64,000 bases of DNA, from NCBI GenBank assembly GCA_014800525.1, contig JAAVFV010000018.1:17291-81290 (forward strand), in the 5' to 3' direction. This DNA comes from Bacteroidales bacterium. GTDB taxonomy: Bacteria; Bacteroidota; Bacteroidia; Bacteroidales; Muribaculaceae. Within the stretch, counting starts at the first letter, position 1. The number at the start of each line of letters is the position of its first letter. Below, piece by piece: positions 56,621-64,000 of the stretch. The notes under the pieces are model-generated. The model ran no database searches and was not told where the DNA came from. It saw only the letters and a list, made by a program, of their open reading frames with translations. The translations under genes were made by a program, and so were the position numbers.

Positions 56621-58453
56621 ATGAAAGCATTTATACGATTTGCAATCCGATTCATCTCTCCATATAAATGGCAGGTCTTCGGTAGCGTGATTTTCAATTT
56701 TCTCTCCACTCTTTTCACCGTATTCTCCTTCGCCTTCATTATGCCGATTCTCAATGTATTGTTCAGCATCGAGACTCAGCATTATGACTATATGGAGGTA
56801 TCGGCCGGAAACCTGAATACGGCGCTCGTCAATAACTTCTACTGGTACATCGGCAGTATAATGGAACAACACGGCGTAACCACTGCCTTAGGTCTGCTTT
56901 GTGCCGCGCTTGTGATTATGACCTTCATAAAGGTGATGACCTATTACGCATCGGATTGTTTCATCATTCCCGTGCAGAATGGTCTGGAACGCGATATACG
57001 CAATAGTCTCTATGAGCGCATAATATCATTGCCGATCGGTTTCTTCACTCTCGAACGCAAGGGAGATATAATCGCCCGAAGCACAGCCGATGTCAAGGAA
57101 CTTCAGGTGTCGGTGGTGACCAGTATCAGCTCGCTAATCAGATACCCCATAGCCATTATCATCTCTCTGTCGGTGATGCTCTATCTTAGTTGGCGGCTCA
57201 CGGCATTCGTATTCGTGATTCTCCCTTTCTTCGGATGGATTATGGGAATGGTGGGTAAGAAACTGAAGTCGCATTCATTCGACAGCCAGACGATGGGAGG
57301 CGAACTGCTTTCGAATATAGAGGAGACCATCGGTGGCCTCCGCGTGGTGAAGGCGTTCAACGCTCAGGGACAGATGGACCGGCGTTTCCGCGCCCAGACA
57401 CAGGATTACTACAAGCTCAATAACCATCTTCTGCGAATGATCTCGCTCGCCCATCCGATGAGTGAGTTTATCGGCACAATCGCTGTGGCGGTGATTCTCT
57501 GGTTCGGGGGTTCGCTGATTCTGGGTGGACATGGTTTCATCGATGCCTCCATGTTCATCTTCTATCTGCTGATGTTCTATAATCTGATCAATCCCTCCAA
57601 GGAACTCACAAAGGCCGGCTATACCATCCAGAAGGGTATGGCGGCCATGGATCGCATCGACCGTATCCTGGGTGCCGAGAATCCAATTAAGCAACCCGAG
57701 AATCCGGCTCCGGTGCCCGACCCGAAGAACGCCGATATCCGTCTTGAGGATGTCAACTTCAGCTACGACGGGCATACTCCTGTGCTTCGGGATATAAACC
57801 TGCATATCGCCCCCGGGCAGACAGTAGCGCTCGTGGGACAGTCAGGTTCGGGAAAATCCACTCTAGTCGATCTCATACCCCGTTTCTGGGATGTGGACAG
57901 CGGTCGGATCTCTGTCGGTGGAACCGATATCCGCGACCTCCTCACCTCCGACCTCCGGGGATTGATGGGAAATGTGAATCAGGAAGCTCTTCTATTCAAT
58001 GATACTATCTTCAATAACATAGCTTTCGGTATGCCGGACGCTACGCAGGAGGAGGTGGAACAGGCCGCCAGGATTGCCAATGCCCATGAGTTTATCATCA
58101 ATACCGAAGAGGGATATCAGACTCGTATCGGCGATCGCGGTTGCCGTCTTTCCGGAGGTCAGCGTCAGCGAATCAGCATTGCCCGCGCTGTGCTCAAAGA
58201 CCCCTCCATCCTTATTCTCGATGAAGCCACATCCGCACTCGACACCGAAAGCGAACGCCTCGTGCAGGAAGCTCTTGATGCCCTGATGCGCGACCGCACC
58301 ACAATCGTAGTGGCCCATCGACTCTCCACCATCATCAATGCTGATCTGATCTGCGTGCTCCAGAATGGCCGCATTGTCGAACGCGGAACCCACGATGAAC
58401 TCATCGCCCTCAACGGTATGTATAAGAAATTAGTGGATATGCAGCAGGTATAA
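56621..58453 (+). CDS. MsbA-like ABC exporter (fused TMD and NBD)
   Basis: GQSGSGKST, LSGGQRQR, ILDEATSALD, AHRLST. Confidence 0.93.
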   Translation: MKAFIRFAIRFISPYKWQVFGSVIFNFLSTLFTVFSFAFIMPILNVLFSIETQHYDYMEVSAGNLNTALVNNFYWYIGSIMEQHGVTTALGLLCAALVIMTFIKVMTYYASDCFIIPVQNGLERDIRNSLYERIISLPIGFFTLERKGDIIARSTADVKELQVSVVTSISSLIRYPIAIIISLSVMLYLSWRLTAFVFVILPFFGWIMGMVGKKLKSHSFDSQTMGGELLSNIEETIGGLRVVKAFNAQGQMDRRFRAQTQDYYKLNNHLLRMISLAHPMSEFIGTIAVAVILWFGGSLILGGHGFIDASMFIFYLLMFYNLINPSKELTKAGYTIQKGMAAMDRIDRILGAENPIKQPENPAPVPDPKNADIRLEDVNFSYDGHTPVLRDINLHIAPGQTVALVGQSGSGKSTLVDLIPRFWDVDSGRISVGGTDIRDLLTSDLRGLMGNVNQEALLFNDTIFNNIAFGMPDATQEEVEQAARIANAHEFIINTEEGYQTRIGDRGCRLSGGQRQRISIARAVLKDPSILILDEATSALDTESERLVQEALDALMRDRTTIVVAHRLSTIINADLICVLQNGRIVERGTHDELIALNGMYKKLVDMQQV

Positions 58454-58473
58454 TCCAATATAATCAATCCTCA

Positions 58474-59046
58474 ATGAATATGAATCCTGAAAATAATCCC
58501 TCTCCTGAAAATAATATATCTCCGGAGATTAATCCCTCCCGGGAGAATACATCCTCTATTGAAAGCAACACCACGGAATCGGGACAATCCCCCGAAGTGG
58601 CCTGGGCCGAACGCCTTGGCCTCAACTACGATCCCGAAGAGGCTCAGCGTCGTGCCGAAAAGCTTACCCCTCCGCCCACTCCCGGAAGCGTCCCTCCGCC
58701 AACTCCACATGGAGTCCCGGCTCAGGATATGCAGGCTTTCGGAGGCCCGGATGGTCAGCTTCCTCCTCAGAATTCTGAAATGAATCCTGCATCTCCCTAT
58801 GGGGCACCTCAGCCCATGCCCCCTACTTATCTTGTATGGTCGGTGGTGGCACTGGTATGCTGTTGCTTTATTCCGGCAATAATTGCCATTATCTATAGCG
58901 CGAAAGTGAGTTCCAAATATTATGCCGGAGATTACGCCGGAGCCGTGAAAGCTTCCGAGAGGGCGCAGATATGGATTATCGTGGCCATAGTGTCGGGTCT
59001 GGTGGTCAATACCCTCTATATGCCTTTCTCCCTGCTCATCGGATGA
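58474..59046 (+). CDS. CD225/dispanin-family membrane protein with Pro/Asn-rich N-terminus
   Basis: PPTYLVWSV..LVCCC..PAIIAIIYSAKV...Y..GDY.GA..AS..A..W. Confidence 0.85.
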   Translation: MNMNPENNPSPENNISPEINPSRENTSSIESNTTESGQSPEVAWAERLGLNYDPEEAQRRAEKLTPPPTPGSVPPPTPHGVPAQDMQAFGGPDGQLPPQNSEMNPASPYGAPQPMPPTYLVWSVVALVCCCFIPAIIAIIYSAKVSSKYYAGDYAGAVKASERAQIWIIVAIVSGLVVNTLYMPFSLLIG

Positions 59047-59423
59047 TAAGACGCCTTCTGTCGTTTCGGGTCATCGCCCTGATAGTGGTGCTGACCGTGG
59101 GAATCGCGGTATACTTCTTTGTCGATCCGGCAGAAACCTCCTGGATGCCGCAATGTGTATTCCGGCGTATCACGGGCTTAGATTGCCCGGGATGCGGGTC
59201 GCAGAGAATGATTCATGCCCTTCTCCATGGCGATCTCGCCGAGGCCTGGCACCAGAATGCTTTCCTCATGCTTTCTCTCCCCTATCTCGCGGTCTTGGGG
59301 ATAGCTTCTGCGGCTCCTCATCGCTTTCCACGGCTTTTCAGGACAGTGCATTCTCCGGCGGTAATTATAATTTTCGCTATTCTGATTATCTTCTGGACTA
59401 TTTTTCGCAATCTCTATTTATGA
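59043..59423 (+). CDS. DUF2752-family membrane protein
   Basis: C.F...TGLDCPGCGSQR..HALLHGD...A..N; ATG 59043 overlaps the upstream stop (ATGA). Confidence 0.85.
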   Translation: MIRRLLSFRVIALIVVLTVGIAVYFFVDPAETSWMPQCVFRRITGLDCPGCGSQRMIHALLHGDLAEAWHQNAFLMLSLPYLAVLGIASAAPHRFPRLFRTVHSPAVIIIFAILIIFWTIFRNLYL

Positions 59424-60004
59424 ATCCGAATACGTCTTCTTCCCAAATTCCTGCTACATTGGCAAATCCGCTTATACCGGTGTTTCTCACAGGATATATG
59501 GCATCAGGGAAAACCACCTTCGGGCGCGCTCTGGCAAATCGTCTGGGGCGGCAGTTTATTGATCTTGATTTCTATATCGAACAGAGATTCAGAATGACTG
59601 TCAGCGATATTTTCGTCCATGAGGGCGAGGAGGAATTCCGTCGTAAGGAAGCAGCAATGCTCCGCGAGGTCGGCGAGATGTATAATGTGGTGGTGTCCTG
59701 CGGAGGAGGAACCCCCTGCTTTCATGATAATCTGGACTATATGAACGGGCGTGGACTGACAGTGAATATGGCCGTTTCTCCTGAATGTATTCTGCGGCGT
59801 CTGATGCTCAATAATTCGCGTCGGCCGCTAATGGCAGGGAAAAGCGAGGAAGAGATGCGCTCCGCCATCGATAAGGGTCTGAAGGCACGCAGCCGCTTCT
59901 ACGATGCTGCCAAGATCCAGTTTGGAGGCGAAGAACTCGAATCGCGTCATGAGATCGACCGTTCAGTAGAGCGCTTCATATCCCGGTTCCCCTCGGGGTG
60001 TTAG
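59420..60004 (+). CDS. aroK: Shikimate kinase
   Basis: GYMASGKTT, FIDLD, GEEEFR..E, SCGGGTP, RPL; start moved to ATG 59420. Confidence 0.92.
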   Translation: MNPNTSSSQIPATLANPLIPVFLTGYMASGKTTFGRALANRLGRQFIDLDFYIEQRFRMTVSDIFVHEGEEEFRRKEAAMLREVGEMYNVVVSCGGGTPCFHDNLDYMNGRGLTVNMAVSPECILRRLMLNNSRRPLMAGKSEEEMRSAIDKGLKARSRFYDAAKIQFGGEELESRHEIDRSVERFISRFPSGC

Positions 60005-60157
60005 CTCATCCTTGGTCGTTCCTGCATGATACGTCATGCTCATTCCGATAGGCCACCTCATGGAATGAACATTTCAATTCTTTCGATAGTTTTAAATTTG
60101 ATGGGTCTCTTTATCTGAGACTCTTCTCAACATCGCAAATATAAAAAACCAAATATT

Positions 60158-60664
60158 ATGCTTTCGAAGAAAATCGAGAATGCCCTTAATGAGCAAATCA
60201 ACACCGAAATGTGGTCGGCTTATCTTTATCTCTCAATGTCGCTTGATCTTGACAACAAGGGCAGAAAGGGTATCGCAAACTGGTTTAAGGTTCAATTTCA
60301 GGAGGAACAAGCCCATGCTCTCGCCCTGATCGACTACCTGCAGGCTCGCAGTGGGCGTGTGGAACTCAAACCCATCGCAGGAGTGCCTACTACCTGGAAT
60401 TCCGTGCGTGAAATCTTCAACGAGACTCTCGAACATGAGCGTAAGATTTCAGGTATGATCAATGCCCTCTATTCTATGGCTGAGGAAGAGCATGACTATG
60501 CAACTCGTCAGAAACTCAATACTTTCATCGCAGAGCAGGTGGAGGAAGAGGAGACTGTGGTCAACATTCTCGACGACCTCACACTCGTAGGCGAAGATGG
60601 AGTCGGCATATTCCAGCTCGACCGTGAACTCGGACAACGTCAATTTGTCGCTCCCCAGCTCTAA
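60158..60664 (+). CDS. ftn: Non-heme ferritin
   Basis: LNEQIN.E..SAYLYLSM, EEQAHA, EHE, EQVEEE. Confidence 0.93.
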   Translation: MLSKKIENALNEQINTEMWSAYLYLSMSLDLDNKGRKGIANWFKVQFQEEQAHALALIDYLQARSGRVELKPIAGVPTTWNSVREIFNETLEHERKISGMINALYSMAEEEHDYATRQKLNTFIAEQVEEEETVVNILDDLTLVGEDGVGIFQLDRELGQRQFVAPQL

Positions 60665-60689
60665 CCATCAGCATTTAAGGCGAATCTAA

Positions 60690-60725
60690 TAAAGGAGGCC
60701 ATGCACCGATGCATGGCCTCCTTTT
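60690..60725. terminator. Bidirectional terminator
   Basis: AAAGGAGGCCATGCA CCGA TGCATGGCCTCCTTT. Confidence 0.8.
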
Positions 60726-60749
60726 ATTTTCATATTTATTTCTCTTCTC

Positions 60750-61199
60750 TCATCTATTTCTCTTCTTTCCGTCGTTCCTTACGGCGCGGATTGGCTGGAA
60801 ACCATCCCCTGCACACACGCTCGCGCTGTTCCTTGACCTCGAGAATCGACCAGAACCAGGAAAACGCCGTGACCCCTGTAAGTAACATTTCTCTTCTTTC
60901 CGTCGTTCCTTACGGCGCGGATTGGCCGGAAACCATCCCTTGCGCACACGCTCGCGCTGTTCCTTAACCTCAAGAATCGACCAGAAACAGGAAAACGCCG
61001 TGACCCCTGTAAGTAACGACACTACCCCCGAACTGAGTACAGACCATACCATCATCGCTACTCCGCCAATGGCAAAAAGCAGATTACATTTCTGGCCCAT
61101 ATAGTATTCCCCCTTGATTACCAACGGATGAAAAATTCCAATAATCAGGAAAGTGGCCAGGCCAATACCAAGACCTTCAAAATTCAGAGTACCGAGCAT
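60750..61199 (-). CDS. DUF4491-family membrane protein with C-terminus extended by a tandem duplication
   Basis: FLIIGIFHPLVIKGEYY, FWSILE..EQ..RV.KGWFP.NP. Confidence 0.8.
   Translation of the reverse strand: MLGTLNFEGLGIGLATFLIIGIFHPLVIKGEYYMGQKCNLLFAIGGVAMMVWSVLSSGVVSLLTGVTAFSCFWSILEVKEQRERVRKGWFPANPRRKERRKEEKCYLQGSRRFPGSGRFSRSRNSASVCAGDGFQPIRAVRNDGKKRNR
60756..61017. repeat. 131-bp tandem duplication (60756-60886 and 60887-61017), six substitutions
   Basis: Manual alignment. Confidence 0.92.
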
Positions 61200-61373
61200 T
61201 TATAATTGAGTTATTATATGAATATGGATTGCTTTTCCTTCTATTGAACGTATGGATTCTCCCTTTATTTTCAAGGTTATAACAAGAATCTCCCAATTAT
61301 ATTGCACCCTTATCTAACTATTTCCAATCTACGATTGTTTTAAAACCAGAAATTACTGATAAAAAACTCCACT

Positions 61374-62126
61374 ATGAAAAAGACACTAATCCTTCTCGGA
61401 GCCATGCTTGCCGGTGCGGCAGCTTCTCAGGCACAGGTGAATATCCCTTATACTGAAATTCCATATGAGGTTCATTACCATTGGGGACTTATCGACCTGA
61501 ATATCGCCACAGGTCGCGTAACGATGTCGACCGACGGCCAGCAGTTTAACGCCACCCTCGATGGCAGCAGTATTCCATGGGAAGGACGTATCTTCTGCAT
61601 CTCAGATCAGCTGCAGGCCACGATGACCCCTACATCGGGGCTGAGCCATGAGACCGTGACATATGAGAATGGATGGTATCGTAAGCCTCTGGTAGCCGAA
61701 TATCGTTCGGGCACATACGATGCTAATAATCCCGCGAATTATAAAAATATCAAGGGCGAAGGTGACCTCAACGCCGACGGTAGCACCATGGAAGCAGTGA
61801 CCGTGACGGCCGATATGCTCGGAATGTTCTATTATTTCCGCGAAATTGATTTTGAATCAATGGCACCCGGAAGTTCGATCACAATTCCTATCACAGTAGA
61901 GGGCGGCTATGATCAGTCGGTAGTGGTGACCTACAATGGAAAGTCATCCTATTCCGTCGGCGGCAACACATTCCCCACCTATTCCACTTCATTTGAATAC
62001 AGCTATCGTGGCGCCATGAGCGGCTATCCGGTTCAGGCACAAGTATCGGTAAGCAACCGTATTCCTTTGCTTCTGAGCGCAAATCTACCGGTAGGCCATA
62101 TCGAAATGATTCATAATCCCTATTGA
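61374..62126 (+). CDS. DUF3108-like exported protein
   Basis: Signal peptide; YEVHYHWGLI...TG; D.L..FYYFR.IDF; LPVG. Confidence 0.65.
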   Translation: MKKTLILLGAMLAGAAASQAQVNIPYTEIPYEVHYHWGLIDLNIATGRVTMSTDGQQFNATLDGSSIPWEGRIFCISDQLQATMTPTSGLSHETVTYENGWYRKPLVAEYRSGTYDANNPANYKNIKGEGDLNADGSTMEAVTVTADMLGMFYYFREIDFESMAPGSSITIPITVEGGYDQSVVVTYNGKSSYSVGGNTFPTYSTSFEYSYRGAMSGYPVQAQVSVSNRIPLLLSANLPVGHIEMIHNPY

Positions 62127-62173
62127 TAATCAATGGATTGATTGATAATCAATGGATTGCGATATCGACCGCT

Positions 62174-62224
62174 AAAAAAGTTCCGGAGCAATGAGATTTT
62201 TTTCATTGCTCCGGAACTTTTTTT
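62174..62224. terminator. Strong intrinsic terminator
   Basis: AAAAAAGTTCCGGAGCAATGA / TCATTGCTCCGGAACTTTTTTT. Confidence 0.85.
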
Positions 62225-62427
62225 CAAAACCATGTGTTATAAGTATGTAAATCGTTTCATGATGTTAGGTTAGTTAGTTAAGTATTATGGAAAACACGCG
62301 AACGCGGCGAGTCGGGAGACCCGCCGCGTTCGCGTTGTATACCACTGAATTCCCCGTCTCCCCCGGTCGGAAATGGCCGGAAAACAAAATAAACCCCGAA
62401 TATCACCGGATTTCCATAAAAAATCAC

Positions 62428-62435
62428 TAACTTTG
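62428..62435 (+). promoter_or_regulatory. -7 element (TAACTTTG) for the arg operon
   Basis: TAnnTTTG match about 125 nt upstream of ATG 62562. Confidence 0.6.
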
Positions 62436-62561
62436 AAAGATTTTAGGAATTGCCCCATCGGTTTTATCCCTGAGGGGCAATATTCTTCTTTAAGCAACGG
62501 AGCAAAGGCCGCGAGGCCCACGCTCTTATGATTTTACAATCTTATTCGGAAACTTTACAAA

Positions 62562-63185
62562 ATGAACATCAACGACATCACTGTCAAGTTTGCCGAGCCC
62601 GAAGATGCTAAGCATGCCGAGTTGATCGTCCGCCTCATCTACGAGTCGGCACTCCAGCGTGGAACCGGTATCGCTAAACGTTCCCCTGAATACATCGCTA
62701 ATAAGATTAACGGCGGGAAAAGCGTGGTCGCTCTTCATGGCGACCGTCTGGTCGGGTTCAGCTACATTGAGAGCTGGGGTCATGGAGATTTTGTTGCAAC
62801 ATCCGGTCTGATTGTCGACCCAGAATATCGCCATCTTGGCCTTGCCGGCGCCATCAAGGCGAAAACTTTCGAGCTGGCTCGACTCAGATTTCCCTTTGCG
62901 AAAATCTTCTCCATCACCACCTCTCTCCCTGTTATGAAGCTTAATTCCCGTATGGGTTACATCCCGGTGACCTTCTCCGAGCTCACCGACGATGAGGAAT
63001 TCTGGCGCGGTTGCGAAGGATGCCGAAACTATGACATCCTCCAGCGTAACAACCGACGTATGTGCCTCTGCACAGGTATGCTCTTCGATCCTAAACAGCC
63101 TATCGCTCCCGAAGACCGCCCCAACCCATATATGATGCTCCTCAAAAATACTTTCAAGAAGATTTTCCACCTCAAGAGAAAATAA
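62562..63185 (+). CDS. GNAT acetyltransferase of the Bacteroidetes arg operon (short ArgA-like)
   Basis: RGTGIAKRSPEY, SGLIV.PEYR..GLA, FW.GC.GC.NYDIL, CLCTGML; immediately upstream of argG. Confidence 0.8.
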   Translation: MNINDITVKFAEPEDAKHAELIVRLIYESALQRGTGIAKRSPEYIANKINGGKSVVALHGDRLVGFSYIESWGHGDFVATSGLIVDPEYRHLGLAGAIKAKTFELARLRFPFAKIFSITTSLPVMKLNSRMGYIPVTFSELTDDEEFWRGCEGCRNYDILQRNNRRMCLCTGMLFDPKQPIAPEDRPNPYMMLLKNTFKKIFHLKRK

Positions 63186-63216
63186 TCTCCTGAGACACCT
63201 AAGAAGAGAAATAAGA

Positions 63217-64000
63217 ATGTCTACAGATAATAAGAAAAAGAAGGTGTTGCTCGCCTTCTCCGGAGGTCTCGACACCTCTTTCGCAGTGAAATATCTCTCC
63301 GAAGACCTCGGTTATGAGGTGCATACAGCGATCGCAAATACAGGCGGTTTCTCCCCCGAGGAACTCGCCGTGATCGAAGAAAAGGCCAAACGCCTCGGCG
63401 CCGCATCCCACACCACTCTCGATATCACCCAGGAATACTACGACAAGAGTATCCGATATATGATCGCCGGAAATGTGCTCCGAAACGGCACATACCCCAT
63501 CTCCGTATCTTCAGAGCGTATCTTTCAGGCAATCGCCACTATCGAACACGCCAAGAAAATCGGAGCCGATGCAATCGCCCATGGCTCCACAGGTGCAGGT
63601 AACGACCAGGTACGTTTTGACCTCACTTTCCAGATTCTCGCCCCTGAAATTGAAATCATCACTCCTACCCGCGACCTTACCCTTACCCGCGAATATGAAA
63701 TCGACTATCTAAAGAAGCATGGTTATGAGGCCGATTTCAAGAAGATGGAATATTCCATCAACAAGGGTCTCTGGGGCACATCCGTAGGCGGAAAGGAAAC
63801 ACTCCATTCCGAGCAGACTCTTCCCGATGAGGCTTATCCCTCTCAGGTCACTGCCACAGAGCCGGAGCGTCTCACAATCTCTTTCCGCGAAGGCGAGATT
63901 TCTGCCGTAAACGGTAAGGAATATTCCGATAAGGTGGAGGCCATCCGCGAAGTGGAGCGTATCGGTTCCCGCTTCGGTATCGGCCGCGATATGCACATCG
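63217..64000 (+). CDS. argG: Argininosuccinate synthase, 5' part, truncated by the window edge
   Basis: KKVLLAFSGGLDTS, AHGSTGAGNDQVRF, YSINKGLWG; absent from the ORF track because it has no stop in the window. Confidence 0.95.
   Translation, partial: MSTDNKKKKVLLAFSGGLDTSFAVKYLSEDLGYEVHTAIANTGGFSPEELAVIEEKAKRLGAASHTTLDITQEYYDKSIRYMIAGNVLRNGTYPISVSSERIFQAIATIEHAKKIGADAIAHGSTGAGNDQVRFDLTFQILAPEIEIITPTRDLTLTREYEIDYLKKHGYEADFKKMEYSINKGLWGTSVGGKETLHSEQTLPDEAYPSQVTATEPERLTISFREGEISAVNGKEYSDKVEAIREVERIGSRFGIGRDMHI

Noticed and set aside
60756-61017. Diversity-generating retroelement TR/VR pair
   Set aside because: The six differences are not restricted to adenines of one copy on either strand, and no reverse transcriptase is present
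62499-62530. c-di-GMP-I (GEMM) riboswitch
   Set aside because: Only a GCAAA-stem-GNRA resemblance; it has CACGC instead of GACGC and lacks the second stem

Overview
Mostly core-genome segment of a Bacteroidales bacterium; the gene content, TAnnTTTG promoters, SusC/D/E/F locus and T9SS-type C-termini suggest Muribaculaceae, which is an inference. Housekeeping genes include phoH, sufB, parA-parB-DUF5683-mltD, slyD, a 7TM-HD phosphodiesterase, a short Rel, ribF-recF-DUF721-thioesterase-SIS-TPR-ribH, pfkA, tRNA-Tyr, aspC-like, lpxL-like, msbA-like, aroK, ferritin and argA-like/argG. The window also holds an alpha-glucan-type SusCDEF locus, a distant secreted GH13 and two ABC-type modules. I see no integrase, transposase, reverse transcriptase, Cas gene or CRISPR array. 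The most unusual signal is non-coding. (i) A modular interspersed repeat family occurs in four clusters plus one diverged copy, all in the same orientation, built from a GCGNAGC mini-hairpin head and interchangeable hairpin tails with compensatory base changes. (ii) Adenine-free pyrimidine tandem arrays lie just upstream of two of these clusters. (iii) Short tandem duplications are frequent in spacers and at gene ends. Other leads: an A8 tract that frameshifts a signal peptide off a secreted protein, a Rel with a degenerate hydrolase motif next to a putative c-di-AMP phosphodiesterase, a candidate sRNA, and a structured arg-operon leader. All product calls come from motif recognition by eye; no database searches were run.
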